Shown here: positions 9,501-22,271 of the stretch, one piece after another | How positions within the stretch are numbered: the stretch's first letter is position 1 | Layout of the letters: every line of letters begins with the position of its first letter | Source of the DNA: Antedon mediterranea | Lineage: Eukaryota > Animalia > Echinodermata | Assembly: GCF_964355755.1 (NCBI RefSeq) | Contig: NC_092675.1 | Span: forward strand, 26,880,912 to 26,944,911 | Direction: 5' to 3' | DNA length: 64,000 nucleotides | Program-made: the position numbers and the translations under genes | The notes under the pieces: model-generated | Told to the model about the DNA's origin: nothing | Databases searched by the model: none | What the model saw: the letters and a program-made list of their open reading frames with translations, nothing else

Positions 9501-12500
9501 CTCCATTAAAATCCCACTTAAAAACCCTTCCGAATAATAAACACCCTGGGGCGTTTATTCAAATAAATATGAAAGTTATACAGTATAGGGATGTCCCAGA
9601 AAAAAAATTAGGAAAAGAATAAGGTTGTTGAAAATTGAAAGTGTCTAACAAATGACCTTTGGCCAATAAAACCTACTGATATCAGAATAATTAATAATTT
9701 TTCTGCCACGTTAATATTTACTTATTAATCATGTTGATACTATTGAAATCGAGTTTAATTAATCTAAAAAAACGTAATTAATCTGTTCATTAATCAAGTT
9801 CATTTGTGATTGAATGATTGTTGGGGTTATTGAATAGTGATTGTGATATACTGTTAATATTGCTGATACTCAAAATTGACAGTCAAAAGTATCTTGAAAA
9901 TGTTTATTTTTGCTACCTTCAAAGTTACTATTTTTGTTATAATTGTTTAATTTTTGGGATAACGTTTATATTAAAAAATAATTTCTTTTATTTTACGTGA
10001 GTACTATTACATTTGTAAATAGGGATTTGATATAAGTTATATTCCAAATAATCATGGATAGATTGTGTGAGACCTGATCTATAGAATTTTCTGATTTCTT
10101 GTATGCATGGAAGTGCAATCGTAGGTGTGGCTAGCGGATTATTGAACTTCATAATATATTTAGGAAGGAAATCGACAATTATATTGAATATTATTAATTT
10201 ATAGAAATGTACATGAGTTTAAAACATTTTAGAGTATTTGTTTCCATAAAATATTTTTTACTTTATTATAATTTGTTTCAAATAACAAAGACACAATGAT
10301 TGTAACGTATCATACGTATGTGTTTATTTGTCCACAACATTAATTACTATTTTTTAATTAATTAATGATTGTATTTTATGTGTTTATTTTTCTTCTATTT
10401 TTTGACTACTTATTATTTGTTCGCTATGTCAATTCAGTGTTTATTTTCCTTCATTTTTTATTTGTTTTCTACGGTGGCCCACAACTGTCACGCACACTAT
10501 ATAAATCATATTCACACAATTAAAGAAGGAATCACACAATTAAAGAAGGAATCACACAATTAAAGAAGAAATCACACAATTAAAGAAGGAATCACACAAT
10601 TAAAGAAGAAATCACACAATTAAAGAAGGAATCGCATATAAACAAAAGAAAGCATGAAAATATAAAAAGAAATGCACAAATAAAGAAGAGCTAAGCACAA
10701 TTAAAGAAGTCCGCAACAAATTCGAAAGCTCCTCGCACAATTAAAGAAGTTCGCAACAAAATCAAAAGCTCCTCGCACAATTAAAGAAGTCCGCAACAAA
10801 TTCGAAAGTACCTCGCACAATTAAAGAAGTCCGCAACAAATTCGAAAGTACCTCGCACAATTAGAGTACAGTAGTCCATATGGAACGCCATCGCTGCCTC
10901 CGGCAGCAGCAAACTTTAATTCTATTCGGCTCTTTTACCATTACGTTCGGCTCTTTTACCATTCGGCGCATTTACCATTCGGCGCATTTCTATTTGGCCC
11001 ATTTTTTACCATTACGTTCGGCTCTTTCAGCTTTCGGCTCTTTTTTATTCGGCCAATTTACCATTACGTTCGACTCTTTCAGCATTCGGCTCTTTTTTAT
11101 TCGGCCCATTTAACATTACGTTCGGCTCTTTTTGATTCGGCCCTTTTTTATTCGGCTCTTTCTGCATTACGTTGGGCTTTTTTTAAATCGGCATTTTTTT
11201 ATATGGCGCAATTAAAATCTAACCTTTGACATGGGTCAAATGGAAGAAAATCAACGACTGGAAATGAGTCTATGAAAAGTTTACAAACATTTCATCATCA
11301 TGGCGCCAACCATGAGTAGCCAACCGATTAAAGATGTGTTGAATAACCTAAATTAATTCATCTTTTAACAAATTTTGAGAGAGAAAGGGTAAATTATTAT
11401 TATTAAATGTTTGGCTGACACTAGGCGAGGCCTAGCTAGCCTAGGCCATAAATCAAACCTTTTCTCTCTCAAAATGGTTAATAAGGTAGGACAATTGCAA
11501 GTTCTCTAACTAACACATTAATCATGTCAATAAAATGATTTAGTTATATTGAAATAGCCTTCAAATTCATTTAATTCAACCAACCAAACACTCTACATGC
11601 TGCATCTATATGTTTTGTAAACTTTTCATAGACTCATTTCCAGCCGTTGATTTTCTTCCATTTGACCCCATGTAAAAGGTTAGAATTTAATTGCGCCCCG
11701 CATAAAAAAGGGCCAAATCAAAAAGAGCCGAACGTAATGCAGAAAGAGCCGAATAAAAAAGGGCCGAATTAAAAAGAGCCGAATGCTGAAAGAGCCGAAC
11801 GTAATGGTAAATGGGCCGAATAAAAAAGAGCCGAATGCTGAAAGAGCCGAACGTAATGGTAAATGGGCCGAATAGAAATGCGCCGAATGCTAAAAGAGCC
11901 GAACGTAATGGTAAAAGAGCCGAATAGAATTAAAGTTTCCTGCCGGAGGCAGCAATGGCGTTCCATACGGACTACTGTACTTTAATTGTGTGTGAGGTAC
12001 TTTCGAATTTGTTGTGGACTTCTTTAATTGTGCGAGGAGCTTTCGAATTTGTTGCGGACTTCTTTAATTGTGCGAGGGGCTTTCAAATTTGTTGCAGACT
12101 TCTTTAATTGTGCGAGGAGCTTTCGAATTTGTTGCGGACTTCTTTAATTGTGCTTAGCTCTTCTTTAATTGTGCGTTTCTTCTTTATTTGTGCATTTCGT
12201 TTTGTATTTTCATGCTTTCTTTTGTTTATATGCGATTTCTTTTTTAATTGTGCGATTTCTTCTTTAATTGTGTGATTCCTTCTTTAATTGTGTAATTCCT
12301 TCTTTAATTGTGTGATTCTGTGTTATAGTGTGCGTGACAGTTGTGGGCCACCGTAGTTTTCTACATTTTTTTATGTTTCATCTTCAATGTTTAATCAATT
12401 AATTATTATAACTGAAAACGCTTTGTTCTTGCCATTATTTTTTATGCCAACTAGAAGACAACTTGGTCAATTAGTTTATACACATATTGAATTGTGTTGG

Positions 12501-15500
12501 GAAGCAGCTGAGGGTGGGGCAGGGAAAGTAGACAGAGTACTGTAGGTTGGGCATGATTCAATTTATAGAGTTGTTTATGAGCAGAGAACTGATCATGTGT
12601 GGAAAAGATTCTTCAGTATACAATGAATTATTGTTCATAATTTTCTACGTAGTGGTGTATTTCTTTTGAGCAAAGAAAACAAAGCTGGCTATTGACGTTG
12701 TGATGAGAACTGGAGCTACAGTAATTTTATCACTGTGGCCCACACAGATCATAGCGCTTTTATACTATGTTACTGCTAAATCAAACCATGCAAGAGCATT
12801 TTGAAAAGTTAAAAATTTTATGTAATTTTTTTATTTTCTAGGGTGCAGCAATGGCAACTACTGCCTTTCGTCCCCAGCATACAGCAGGGTCTACCATGCC
12901 TATGCCTGCTCCTGTACCGGCTGCTGCACCAGTAAGTTACAGTAATTTCTTTCTTTATGAACAGTAAACTGATACTAATATGATGTATGAAATAAATATT
13001 TGATATTAGATTAATTTAAAATTCCAGTGGTTCTATTTACATTTAGGCTAAGATAAAGACTTGGACATTCCCCCGTGTACATGAATACCACTTATTCTTT
13101 AAATATTTTATAAGTGAAATACTTACTACTGTACTTATATAAATATCTCTCATCTACAGTAAGAATAATTGTGGTTCTATTGACATTTAGGTAAAGATAA
13201 AGACTTGAACATTCCCCCATGTACATGAATACCTCTTAAGGAAAATCGTTAAATATTTATAGATTTAAGTGAAATACTTACTACTGTACATATATAAATA
13301 TCTCTCATCTACAGTAAGGATAATTGGTGAATACAGCCACAGTAGACAAAAAATAATATAGACCTTGTAAAGCTTGTAGAATGGTTTTGACTTTGATCTA
13401 TACCTAGCCCAACATTTGTTTCGGTCCCATTATCGAGGATTAGTTCATTTCAGTTTAGTTTACAAATATATATTGTGTTTTTTTTGTTCAGTACCAACCA
13501 CCAAGCCAAGCCCCACCCCAGCAACATTATCAACCACCACCCAGCCAACAACCCAGCCGACAAGGCAGTCAACATGCCAGTCAGCCTCCATCCAGTCAGA
13601 TGTCAAATATGTCTATCGGTGGATCGTACCAATATAGGGTAGGAGTATTATAGTATTTGACAGTGGTACTATTTGTTACAGTGTAATGGTAATTAAATTG
13701 TCCCAAGCCCTATTCTTCATATACAACAACGTTAAAAAAGATGTATTGCCTCCTTAGAGGTGTAATATAAAGTTTGATATTTCCTGAAAAAAATATATTT
13801 TTCGCAAGGGATTACGTGTCTTCATTGAGAGATTTAAACCTAATAGAAGTCGCTTTTCGAAGCGCAACCAATAGCATTGACTCAGATCATAGACGGGCAT
13901 AATCAGGTGTCAAACACCACATGATGTGTTTTAACATTTTTTGTTTTCAAATTATCATATTTAAAAATGTAATAAAAATGAATATAATTATAATAAATTA
14001 TCTATGTTTTAGGGACATGGTATTGTTAAAGATAAACCAGGCTTTGACGGACATAGAGAAGCCGAAATATTACGCAAGGCGATGAAAGGCATAGGTATTA
14101 AAATGGTCACTGTCATTTGTTTCTTTTTCTAACAAAAAAAGAAACTTTAAAAGAATGTTTTTGAAATAGATTATGCTTCACTTTTATTTCAATGAAAATA
14201 TTCTTTCTTTTTTTTTTTGGTAAAGTACAATTTTACAATATTGTAATGTTTAGTTCAGCATGATATTTCTCTGAAACATGAGAATCAGCTGCCTCCAATA
14301 TTTTGCTGTGCCTGTCTCTTTTTTTAAAAATTATTATATATCTGTTTAAATTAACCATGGAGTGTTTACTCCATGAATTAACACACTGTGTTTCTCATAA
14401 ATACTCAGGCACAGATGAAAAGGCAATTATAGACGTACTCACAAGTTGTTCAAACAAACAACGACAGAAAGTTATTCTTGATTACAAGACCATGTATGGA
14501 AAGGTAATTATTTATTTACTAATTACTAATTACTAGCAAAGAACAGAAGTTTCAAATGTTGTTTAAAACCTTTCCAGTACAATTCCTATCATTTTGATAC
14601 TGCATGTGTATGGATGCATGCAATAGTAAATATGTATAATGAATAAATGTACAAATTCAGCCAAGTGGGGAATTGAGACACCATTTTGGCTTCCATATTG
14701 GATTCTAGATGGCTGATAATTTATTTATATATGATAACGTATTTTCCCTGTACAATTGCGGTCATTTTGATATCCCAAGTTGATTTTCCAGTCAACTATG
14801 TCACGTGGCAAAAATGCAGAAACCTGAACGTTCATTAGAGAGCATTAATTATCACCATTAGTTATCACTTTTTCGTTAAATAGGGTTAAATCCAAATGAC
14901 ATATGATGGATAATTGACCAATCAAATTGTAAGAATACAATCAGGAGTGTTGATACAACAAACACATGCATTTCTCTTTCTCTCATAATATTACATTGTA
15001 TTATTATTATTGTTTATTTTTTTCAAAGTATATTATTATATTTGTTAAAAGCTTCTTTTATTTTGCAGGATCTCATCAGCAACTTGAAGGGAGAAATAAA
15101 AGGCAAATTTGAAGATGTTGTTCTTGGTCTTCTACAGTTACCAGCTGTCTTTGATGCCCACCAGCTCCGAAAAGCCATGAAGGTATAACAAGTGTCCTCA
15201 GAACTCCTCCGTTACAGCTTACTATATTTACACAATTGTGCAAAACTATGCATTTTAGAATCTGTCATTTTGACGACTAAATTAATTAACAATTTATCTT
15301 TGCTAAGAATAATCCAAAGTACCAAAAATAGAAACCCTGTTGAAGAAACAGTACTATTTGAAAACATTCTTTTTTCATTTTGTTATTTAATTGATACTTG
15401 TTTTCTAGTAATTAATTGTAATTAGTATTAACATAATTTTGATTGAAAAAAATCTGTACTGTATTGTATCTCATTATGACCTCTATTAAAGGACCCTTTT

Positions 15501-18500
15501 GACCCTTCATACATGAACTAACAGACTCTGTACCCATATAATATATTAATATGGATTTACAGCGTTTGGGAAGTTTATATATACATATCTCATTATTAAC
15601 AATGTTAATATTTTAAATATTTAATAGGGTGTTGGGACGGACGAGGCTGTTCTCATTGAAATTCTTTGCAGCAGAAGCAATCAGCAAATAAAAGAAATCA
15701 AGGAAGCGTATAAGAAAGGTAAACTAACGAAATTACCTTTACCTGCCTTTTAGAAAGTAGAAGGATTAATATTGTGGATACTACAGACAATCGAGGATCT
15801 TACCTTTATTCATTAAAACAGAAGTGAAACATTAACTACAAATTACATAATGTATTGAGAAATTCTTCAATAGAAACCAACACAGAACAGTACATTATAA
15901 AATAATGAGTATGACCAAATCAAGTTCAATATAATGATCAGGCTGAATGAAAATAAATCAATGAATAATTATAATATGAATTATTATATACTGTCTCCAT
16001 CTTGACTTGAATGTCAATGGTTAGACCATACCAGAAAGCGTCATTCCAATTTTGGCTACCAGTTACGGTTGACAATTTTATCATGCAAATTATTCAGGCA
16101 TACCAAAATACCTAGCAACTATTTTTGTTAAAGATGAACATAAAATATTGTTTATGGGTGGAATAAACATGTTTGTTATATGATACAAAGTCAATCAAGA
16201 CATTTATTGTAATATTAACATTTAATCATATTTTTACAGAATTCAAAAGAGATCTTGAGAAGGATATTGTTTCAGAGACATCTGGACATTTCAAGAGATT
16301 ACTAGTCTCCATGGTACAGGGTGGTCGATCCGAAAGTTTACAAACTGATACATTCAAGGCCAAGGAAGATGCGAAGGTACGTTCATGCTAGTAAATAGAA
16401 ACATTTTCAAATTGGAAAAGGTAGCCATAATAATATTTGTTCTTATATAGCATTTATTGCACAATGATTCTAAGCCCTTCGCATGATTACCTCGGTTATT
16501 TTTTTTTATCAAACATACTTCTATAATGCAGCTAGTAATCAGCACAAAGTTGTGTCTTGATCTAACCGGGTACCCATTTATACACCTGGGTGGAGAGAGG
16601 CAAACGTAAGTAAAGTATCTTGCCTAAGGTACAAGCAATGGGACAAGAGTCACTATCAGTAATCCAACGTGCAACACACTGTGCCACATGTTTTCTTTTA
16701 TCTATACACTGTCACCCAGTCTAATATCTAGGTCACATGTTGATTATGTTTAATAGTGGAGCTGTAGCTTGATGTTGAAATCCTAAGGTTCAGAGTTCAA
16801 TCATGACATAGTGCCACGGTTTTAACTCAAGATTGTTTCTACTCCCCTACCTAAACTTCAAATGTGACTTTTTTAGAGTTTATAAACATGATATAGTTTA
16901 TCCATAATGTAATTGGCATGTTAATAATAATCTTTAATAACTCTTTTACAGGCCCTCTATGAGGCAGGAGAGAAGAGATGGGGAACAGATGAATCCAGAT
17001 TCAATGCCATCTTTGCATCCCGCAGTGTTCCTCAGTTACGTTTAATTTTTGAAGAGTACACTAAAATCAGCCGGAACAGCATGGAAGCAACGATAAAAAG
17101 TGAAATGTCTGGTGATCTTGAGAATGGAATGCTTACAATTAGTAAGTCATTTCTTTAATTATAAGCCAGTAGCTAGGATTTTCTTTGTTCTTTTTTCCAC
17201 AAAAATCATTATTGCAGGCTAAAAGCAGAATTAGTGTGGAAAAAAATGTGTACATTACATTTGTATATTATTAGTCTCATCTGTGTGTGGGGCCTTTGTC
17301 CAACCATATACATCATGTAGGAATGTTGTCACTGGTAATGGTGGGCCTTTGTCCAACCATATACATCATGTACTGTAGGAATGTTGTCACTTGTATGTAC
17401 ATGTTTCCTTATTGATTACTATCCAAAACCTATTGGTCCTGTGTACATACCTGTATAGTGCATGTTAAAGAACTTGGTACACTATTCAAAAAGAGTAGGG
17501 GATTGTCTCATGGTGTGCTGATCTGGTAGGCGCTGCTATGGGTCCTCAGAGGCCAATCCAAATTTCTTTAAGTTCAATATAAAATTTATTCAATAATGGT
17601 AATTGATTGAAATTTATATTTATACTGGGTAACCTCTTCAGTCAAAGACTGGTCTCCCAGAGGGCCCAGTTGGTGATCAGTGGCTGTGATGTACTAATAC
17701 ACCGGGGTAACCCCCTACTCGTCTCGAAAGATGTACTAGTGCACACGAGCTAGATGTGTACACACGGTTTATAGTCCTTATCCGAGAAGACTCGTTCTAC
17801 CACCAGAACCATGGAGTGAGTGAGCCTCGAACCCCTGCCGATGTTATGGCTACGTAATTACGGTTCCACTGTCTTAACCGCTCGGCCACTCACTCACACA
17901 ATACAAGAATAACCAACAGTTAAACTTGAGGACCAGTATAAAATACCTTTACCTTTATATTGTTTTGTTTTCAACAGTAAGCTGTGTGAGAAACACGCCT
18001 AAATATTTTGCAGAAAGGCTTTACAAATCAATGAAAGTAAGGACAATATTCATTATGTTTGTCATCTATGTTTTGTATTATAGTATAAGTGATCATGTCG
18101 AAATTATTTTACTGCAGTTGCTGCAGTACATTTTACATTTGTTACTGCATTAATGTATGAAATTAATATTCAATGTAAAGGTTTATGAGATATCCTATCC
18201 AATACTGCATTAAACAATGTGCTAAATAATTGACTAAACAAGTTAATGGACAAATAAAATTGAGTTACTGCAGTATAATAATTTGACATGACTCCTAAAG
18301 AAATAGTATACATTTTTAAAATTTAACATTATTGATAATTCATATTCTTAATTATCAGCAGCAGCATAGAAATGCCTTATTAATCTAGGACACGAAACTT
18401 CAAAATCACTTTATATAGCATTTCTTGTCAATCAATTTTGCATAATAATAATAATTTATTTGGAAGCTACACTTTTGAAACAGTGGCACACTTCTTGAAT

Positions 18501-19439
18501 GAAGGTGCGTCCAGAGTAAGTAAAATAAAAGTTTAAAAAAAAAAATGTTAACAATAGGTCTATTTACAGTACAAGGAAACTTAAACTAAATTATGTACAA
18601 GATATAAATAAATAACATTAAGTTATATGTATTCTTATTTTTTACAGGGACTTGGAACAGATGACACGACGTTAATAAGGTGTATGGTGTCACGTTGTGA
18701 GATTGACATGGTAGAGATCAAAGAGGAGTTCAAACGAAGTTACAAACAAACGCTAGGTCGCTTCATATCTGTAAGTTTATATTACACTGTACTTCATCTC
18801 TGTTATGTCTTACATTTTCAACTTCAGTGTGACACACCAACTATTTCATCTTCGGCATAATAACAAAAGAATTAGTACATTTGTTTTTGTATAACCTATT
18901 TCAGTTGATGATTTGTCTAGACTTTTTGACTTTGAGTTAAGAGTTCAGCTGTAACATTGGAAGTGTTTCTACAAATAGCAGGCCTCAAAAATGACTCCGG
19001 GCTAGTCAACCTAACTTCCTATAAACTTGCCCAGGTGTCTAGTAGGTCGTGGACTTGAGTTTGGTTTGCAATGCTCTTTTTACACGTATCACCAGCTTAG
19101 AATTTGTTGTATAATACCCAATAAAAATTGGCCAATTAGTGCACTAAAACTGAAATTTGAAAAATCATGCCCTGATACAGTACAGGAATACGTCTCATTT
19201 GGGACACATTATTAAGGTCACGCACTTTCATATAATGAATGAAGTTTTTTAACACTATGGCCATTCATCGGACATTCCTATAATAAATGGATTATATTGT
19301 ATTATATAGTAATACTGTGTATTACATAACCAAGGTTCTATATCATTATTATTGACTAATTCGTTATCTTTTCTCTCAGGGTGACACTTCTGGCGACTAC
19401 AAGAGAATATTAATAGCGTTAGCTGGTGGTGAGAATTAA
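6550..19439 (+). CDS. ANXA7: Annexin A7/A11-type protein: long GYP-rich N-terminal tail plus four annexin repeats, about 544 aa
   Basis: Coding exons 6550-6894, 7163-7243, 7723-7743, 12842-12931, 13492-13638, 14013-14094, 14409-14503, 15069-15182, 15628-15718, 16240-16376, 16952-17141, 17978-18036, 18648-18770, 19380-19439. All GT-AG and phase-compatible, total 1635 nt. Starts [16 protein letters not shown]. Endonexin folds [39 protein letters not shown]; ends [20 protein letters not shown]7 versus A11 orthology not tested. Confidence 0.95.
6577..6890 (+). repeat. Coding minisatellite of (GYPPAGGA)n 24-bp units in the annexin N-terminal exon
   Basis: Repeated GGCTATCCxCCAGCAGGAGGxGCG units grading into GYPPQQP variants. 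Confidence 0.85.
9181..9571. mobile_element. Degenerate MITE with subterminal AATAAAYRCC repeats (pogo/Tc1-like, tentative)
   Basis: Several direct gaataaatgcc/aataaacacc motifs and one inverted copy ggggcgtttattc near 9548. Termini are decayed. Confidence 0.45.
10470..12355. mobile_element. 1.9-kb foldback (palindromic) non-autonomous DNA transposon with TACGG..CCGTA termini and 6-bp TSD; IS3EU-like
   Basis: Termini TACGGTGGCCCACAACTGTCACGCACACTATA / TATAGTGTGCGTGACAGTTGTGGGCCACCGTA. TSD GTTTTC at 10464-10469 and 12356-12361. Arms about 10470-11290 and 11610-12355 carry mirrored 20-bp, 40-bp and TTCGGC-type arrays. Confidence 0.9.
13027..13326 (+). repeat. Tandem duplication of about 145-155 bp in an annexin intron
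   Basis: gtggttctatt(t/g)acatttagg..taaagactt..tctcatctacagtaag occurs twice in tandem, starting near 13027 and 13171. Confidence 0.85.
16545..16690 (-). mobile_element. SINE fragment (tRNA-SINE core-like)
   Basis: tacccatttatacacctgggtggagagaggcaa..aagtatcttgcctaagg resembles the reverse complement of a common invertebrate SINE core. Confidence 0.55.
17286..17392 (+). repeat. Tandem duplication of about 52 bp
   Basis: gggcctttgtccaaccatatacatcatgta..ggaatgttgtcact occurs twice. Confidence 0.8.
17440..17555 (+). mobile_element. Degenerate Deu/Nin-domain-like SINE core
   Basis: gtgcatgttaaagaac..aaaagagtagggg..ggtgt is related to the core of the inverted element at 17605-17895. Confidence 0.5.
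17605..17895 (-). mobile_element. tRNA-derived SINE with a Deu/Nin-domain-like core, near full length
   Basis: On the minus strand: Pol III A box TGGCCGAGCGG (17888-17878), B box GGTTCGAGGC (17833-17824), then core TCGGATAAGGACTATAAACCG..GAGTAGGGGG. Confidence 0.75.
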
Positions 19440-20162
19440 ATAGTGGAACTAAAACCATAAGAATCTTTCATGATGTAGGAAAAATAGTGAAACAATAGTG
19501 GTGCTGGTTGTAGAAGAAAAAAAAAACATGACTATTCTTCTTGTTTTAAACTAAAGATAAAACCGCCTGTAAATCAGATTATAAGTGAAATTGATCTAGC
19601 TTAATCAGTATGATACCATTGAATGAAATCAATCACATTTTACTAGGCACATACTACACTACTGAGGAACTTAACTTAAGACCAATCTGACAACAGGATG
19701 CTGAGCTCCAGAGATCTAAGGGTTTATCTGTGGCTGCAACACAATCAATTCCACACCCCTTAACAGACATGCACGCCACGGTACATAGTACAGTACTGTT
19801 GGTATTTGTCGCAGCCAGACATAAGATCAAAGGATTGTTACGAGTTCCTATCCTGGCAAGCCGAGCTCAGTGTGTTAGATTACCTTGCTAAGACTATTGT
19901 ATGAGTACGAATGAATACCAGATGGTAGTAACTATTCCAATCCTAAAACGACCAAGTCCTTAATGGTATATCATGGGTAATATACAGAAGATAATGACTG
20001 CATGTCCATACTGCAGAAAACCACTTAATTTTTACAATTTTTAAAATGCTGTATTATAATTGTCAATGTTGAATCAGTGTCTGCCAAATATTCTGGAACA
20101 ATTTACTATTTTTTCAAAGGGTGAATTCTAAAAGTGTCAGTTTGTCAGGTTAGTGTTTTACC

Positions 20163-20232
20163 GCTCACTATGTCGGTCTATTGGTTGGTCGGTAAACACT
20201 AACTGAGCACGCGACTGCAGCCATGTATATGG
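20163..20232 (+). mobile_element. Helentron/DINE-1-like remnant in the annexin 3' UTR
   Basis: tcactatgtcggtc..ggtaaacactaactgagcacgcgactgcagccatgtatatgg is the reverse complement of the ends of the element at 51850-52590. Confidence 0.7.
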
Positions 20233-20453
20233 TTTCATAAGGTAGTGGTAGCCATCAATAACAGCATACAGTAACTGCATGTTTTTAACTGCATGAGACC
20301 AGTTAAAGAGAATCTATCTGTATTATACAAACTCATGCTTGTATGTAGTGCAAATATTGGCATCATATTATCAATAATCTTCCAGAATAATCACACCGCA
20401 TTGTTGTAGTTTAGCCTTTCTCTAAATGAATACTAGATGTAACTTATTATTAC

Positions 20454-20459
20454 AATAAA
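20454..20459 (+). terminator. Candidate annexin polyadenylation signal
   Basis: AATAAA about 1 kb after the stop codon, followed by T-rich sequence. Confidence 0.45.
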
Positions 20460-21030
20460 ATTGAACAATTATTCAAATTTTTATATGAGATTATTTTCTA
20501 TATACAGTGTAAATCATACTGTCAAATTATTTTCTATATAGCCTTTTTTGAAACTGATAATTTAAAGATTTTTTAAATGTGTTTTATAATTATATTTATC
20601 TGTTATTAAGCTGTTAAAAGTGTTGAATATCCTAGATGTAATTTTAATTAATGTGTAGTTAGCATGTATTCAAGATTCCTAGAAATATACCTCATTGCGT
20701 TATGGTAGAATTAGTATGTAGTGTAGTTAAATATTTGTATTACTCGGATCATAATGATAAGTTTGCACAGATTGGCAATTCGATTTAATATTGGTAACAA
20801 CATGGCGTTTCATACGTATATTACCTGAGCTCTATCGCCTCACCGTTTGTCGAACCTATTTTGATGCAGTTGATTGATGTGGTTGTCAGTCAGAGGGAAC
20901 GTACATTGAATTTATTTCGTATGTCATATTACTTTTAATTTGATTTGGCATGTCCATTGTATTGTATAGTGTGGTGAAATATATTCCAGCTTCTACTACA
21001 GTGTTTGTGTTTTTTCTCTTTTTTTCCGTA

Positions 21031-21185
21031 AAACTTTGTCTGCACTATCAAACTAGTTTGATTTAAAAAAAAAGTGATGTGCCTAAATATGGTAGTGATA
21101 TGCCCAAATATAATAGTGATAATATGACATCACTATGTCCATATATGGGAACATCACATTTTTTGTCACATAAAGTTTGAGAGTG
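21031..21185. mobile_element. MITE family A (Tourist/Harbinger-like), copy 1
   Basis: tgtctgcactatcaaactagtttg..atgacatcactatgtccatatatggg..ttgtcacataaagtttga, homologous to the copies at 44500 and 54826. Confidence 0.75.
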
Positions 21186-22074
21186 CTCATTCACATTGAG
21201 CAATGATTCAGTCCGGTGGCCAGAGAAATCTCAGTGCGAACATAGCTTTAGTCTGTGTAAAATAGTGAATTTTCATAGCCAACACCAGCAGCCTTCTCCC
21301 ATAGAAATGCTCTTTGCGAAAACATAATATTAACCGTTGAATTCGGTATTGATGACTTACGGTTCGATATACTTCATTATCAATGTCATTGTTGTTTATA
21401 ATAGTTTGTTGTATTACCGTCGTCATAATCATCATCATCGTCGTCATCATCATGGCAATCAAACGCACTGCATCATCAACACCTAGAGGCCCTTACGGTG
21501 CATACCGGATATCACTTGCATATAGAGAGTGCAACTGGCATATAATCAACTATTATTTTTAATAAAAACTTATAAAGATAGTTGTATTTGATTAGATGGC
21601 CATTGTACTTTTAATTAAAAACGACGAAGATGAGGAAATCTGTGAGAATGAGAAAAGCCGCCGCCGCCCCAACTGAGAATCGAACTCTTTTGATATGCAG
21701 ATATCCTACCTTCATTATACTAACTACTATTATACTGGGGATTTCATGATATGGTTCAAAGCAGATTGAATATCACCATTGTACATTGTACATTGTAAAT
21801 AAAGAACACTATCCCTTGGTCAAATAAGACATTTAAATAGTAATTCTAAATGTTTTGTATTAATTACTCTACATAATACGAAATATCAAGGTATTACATT
21901 AATGGTTAGATCAAAAGATGTATAAAATGTTAGCAAATACGAATAATACAACTCAGAGGGGGAATTAAAAAACAGATAGATCATGTAGAATAAGGGTAGA
22001 GTATGTCATTGGTCACACGCACCCACAAACGTTTTTGTAATAATGCCATGTAATCCTGAGTGCTGTGTACATGT

Positions 22075-22255
22075 CCACACGTTCAGATATAAAACGTTAC
22101 GCTAGCGTAACTAACGATTACTACTGCTGTTTAAGCTCACTCTTGTTCTGTAAAAAATTGAAAATGTAGCTTTATGCATGTTTGTTTCTCCTATATGGAT
22201 TCGCACTGAATTGAACGTTACGCCAGCGTAACATCTTATTTCTGAACGTAGCCCT
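22075..22255. mobile_element. Small TIR element (MITE) in the ADAMTS 3' UTR
   Basis: Arms ACGTTCAGATATAAAACGTTACGCTAGCGTAAC / GTTACGCCAGCGTAACATCTTATTTCTGAACGT. Confidence 0.65.
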
Positions 22256-22271
22256 AATCTTCAGACGTAGT

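Noticed and set aside
10510-10862. Regular 20- and 40-bp repeats resembling a CRISPR array
   Set aside because: No unique spacers and no cas genes. The context is a eukaryotic intron, and the arrays are mirrored in the opposite arm of a TIR element.
10880-11966. Mirror ORFs MERHRCLRQ.. (+) and MERHCCLRQ.. (-)
   Set aside because: They are translations of the TTCGGC arrays in the two palindrome arms, with low complexity and no splice or domain support.
17820-17895. tRNA gene
   Set aside because: A and B boxes are present but are followed by a SINE core and tail; no convincing cloverleaf.
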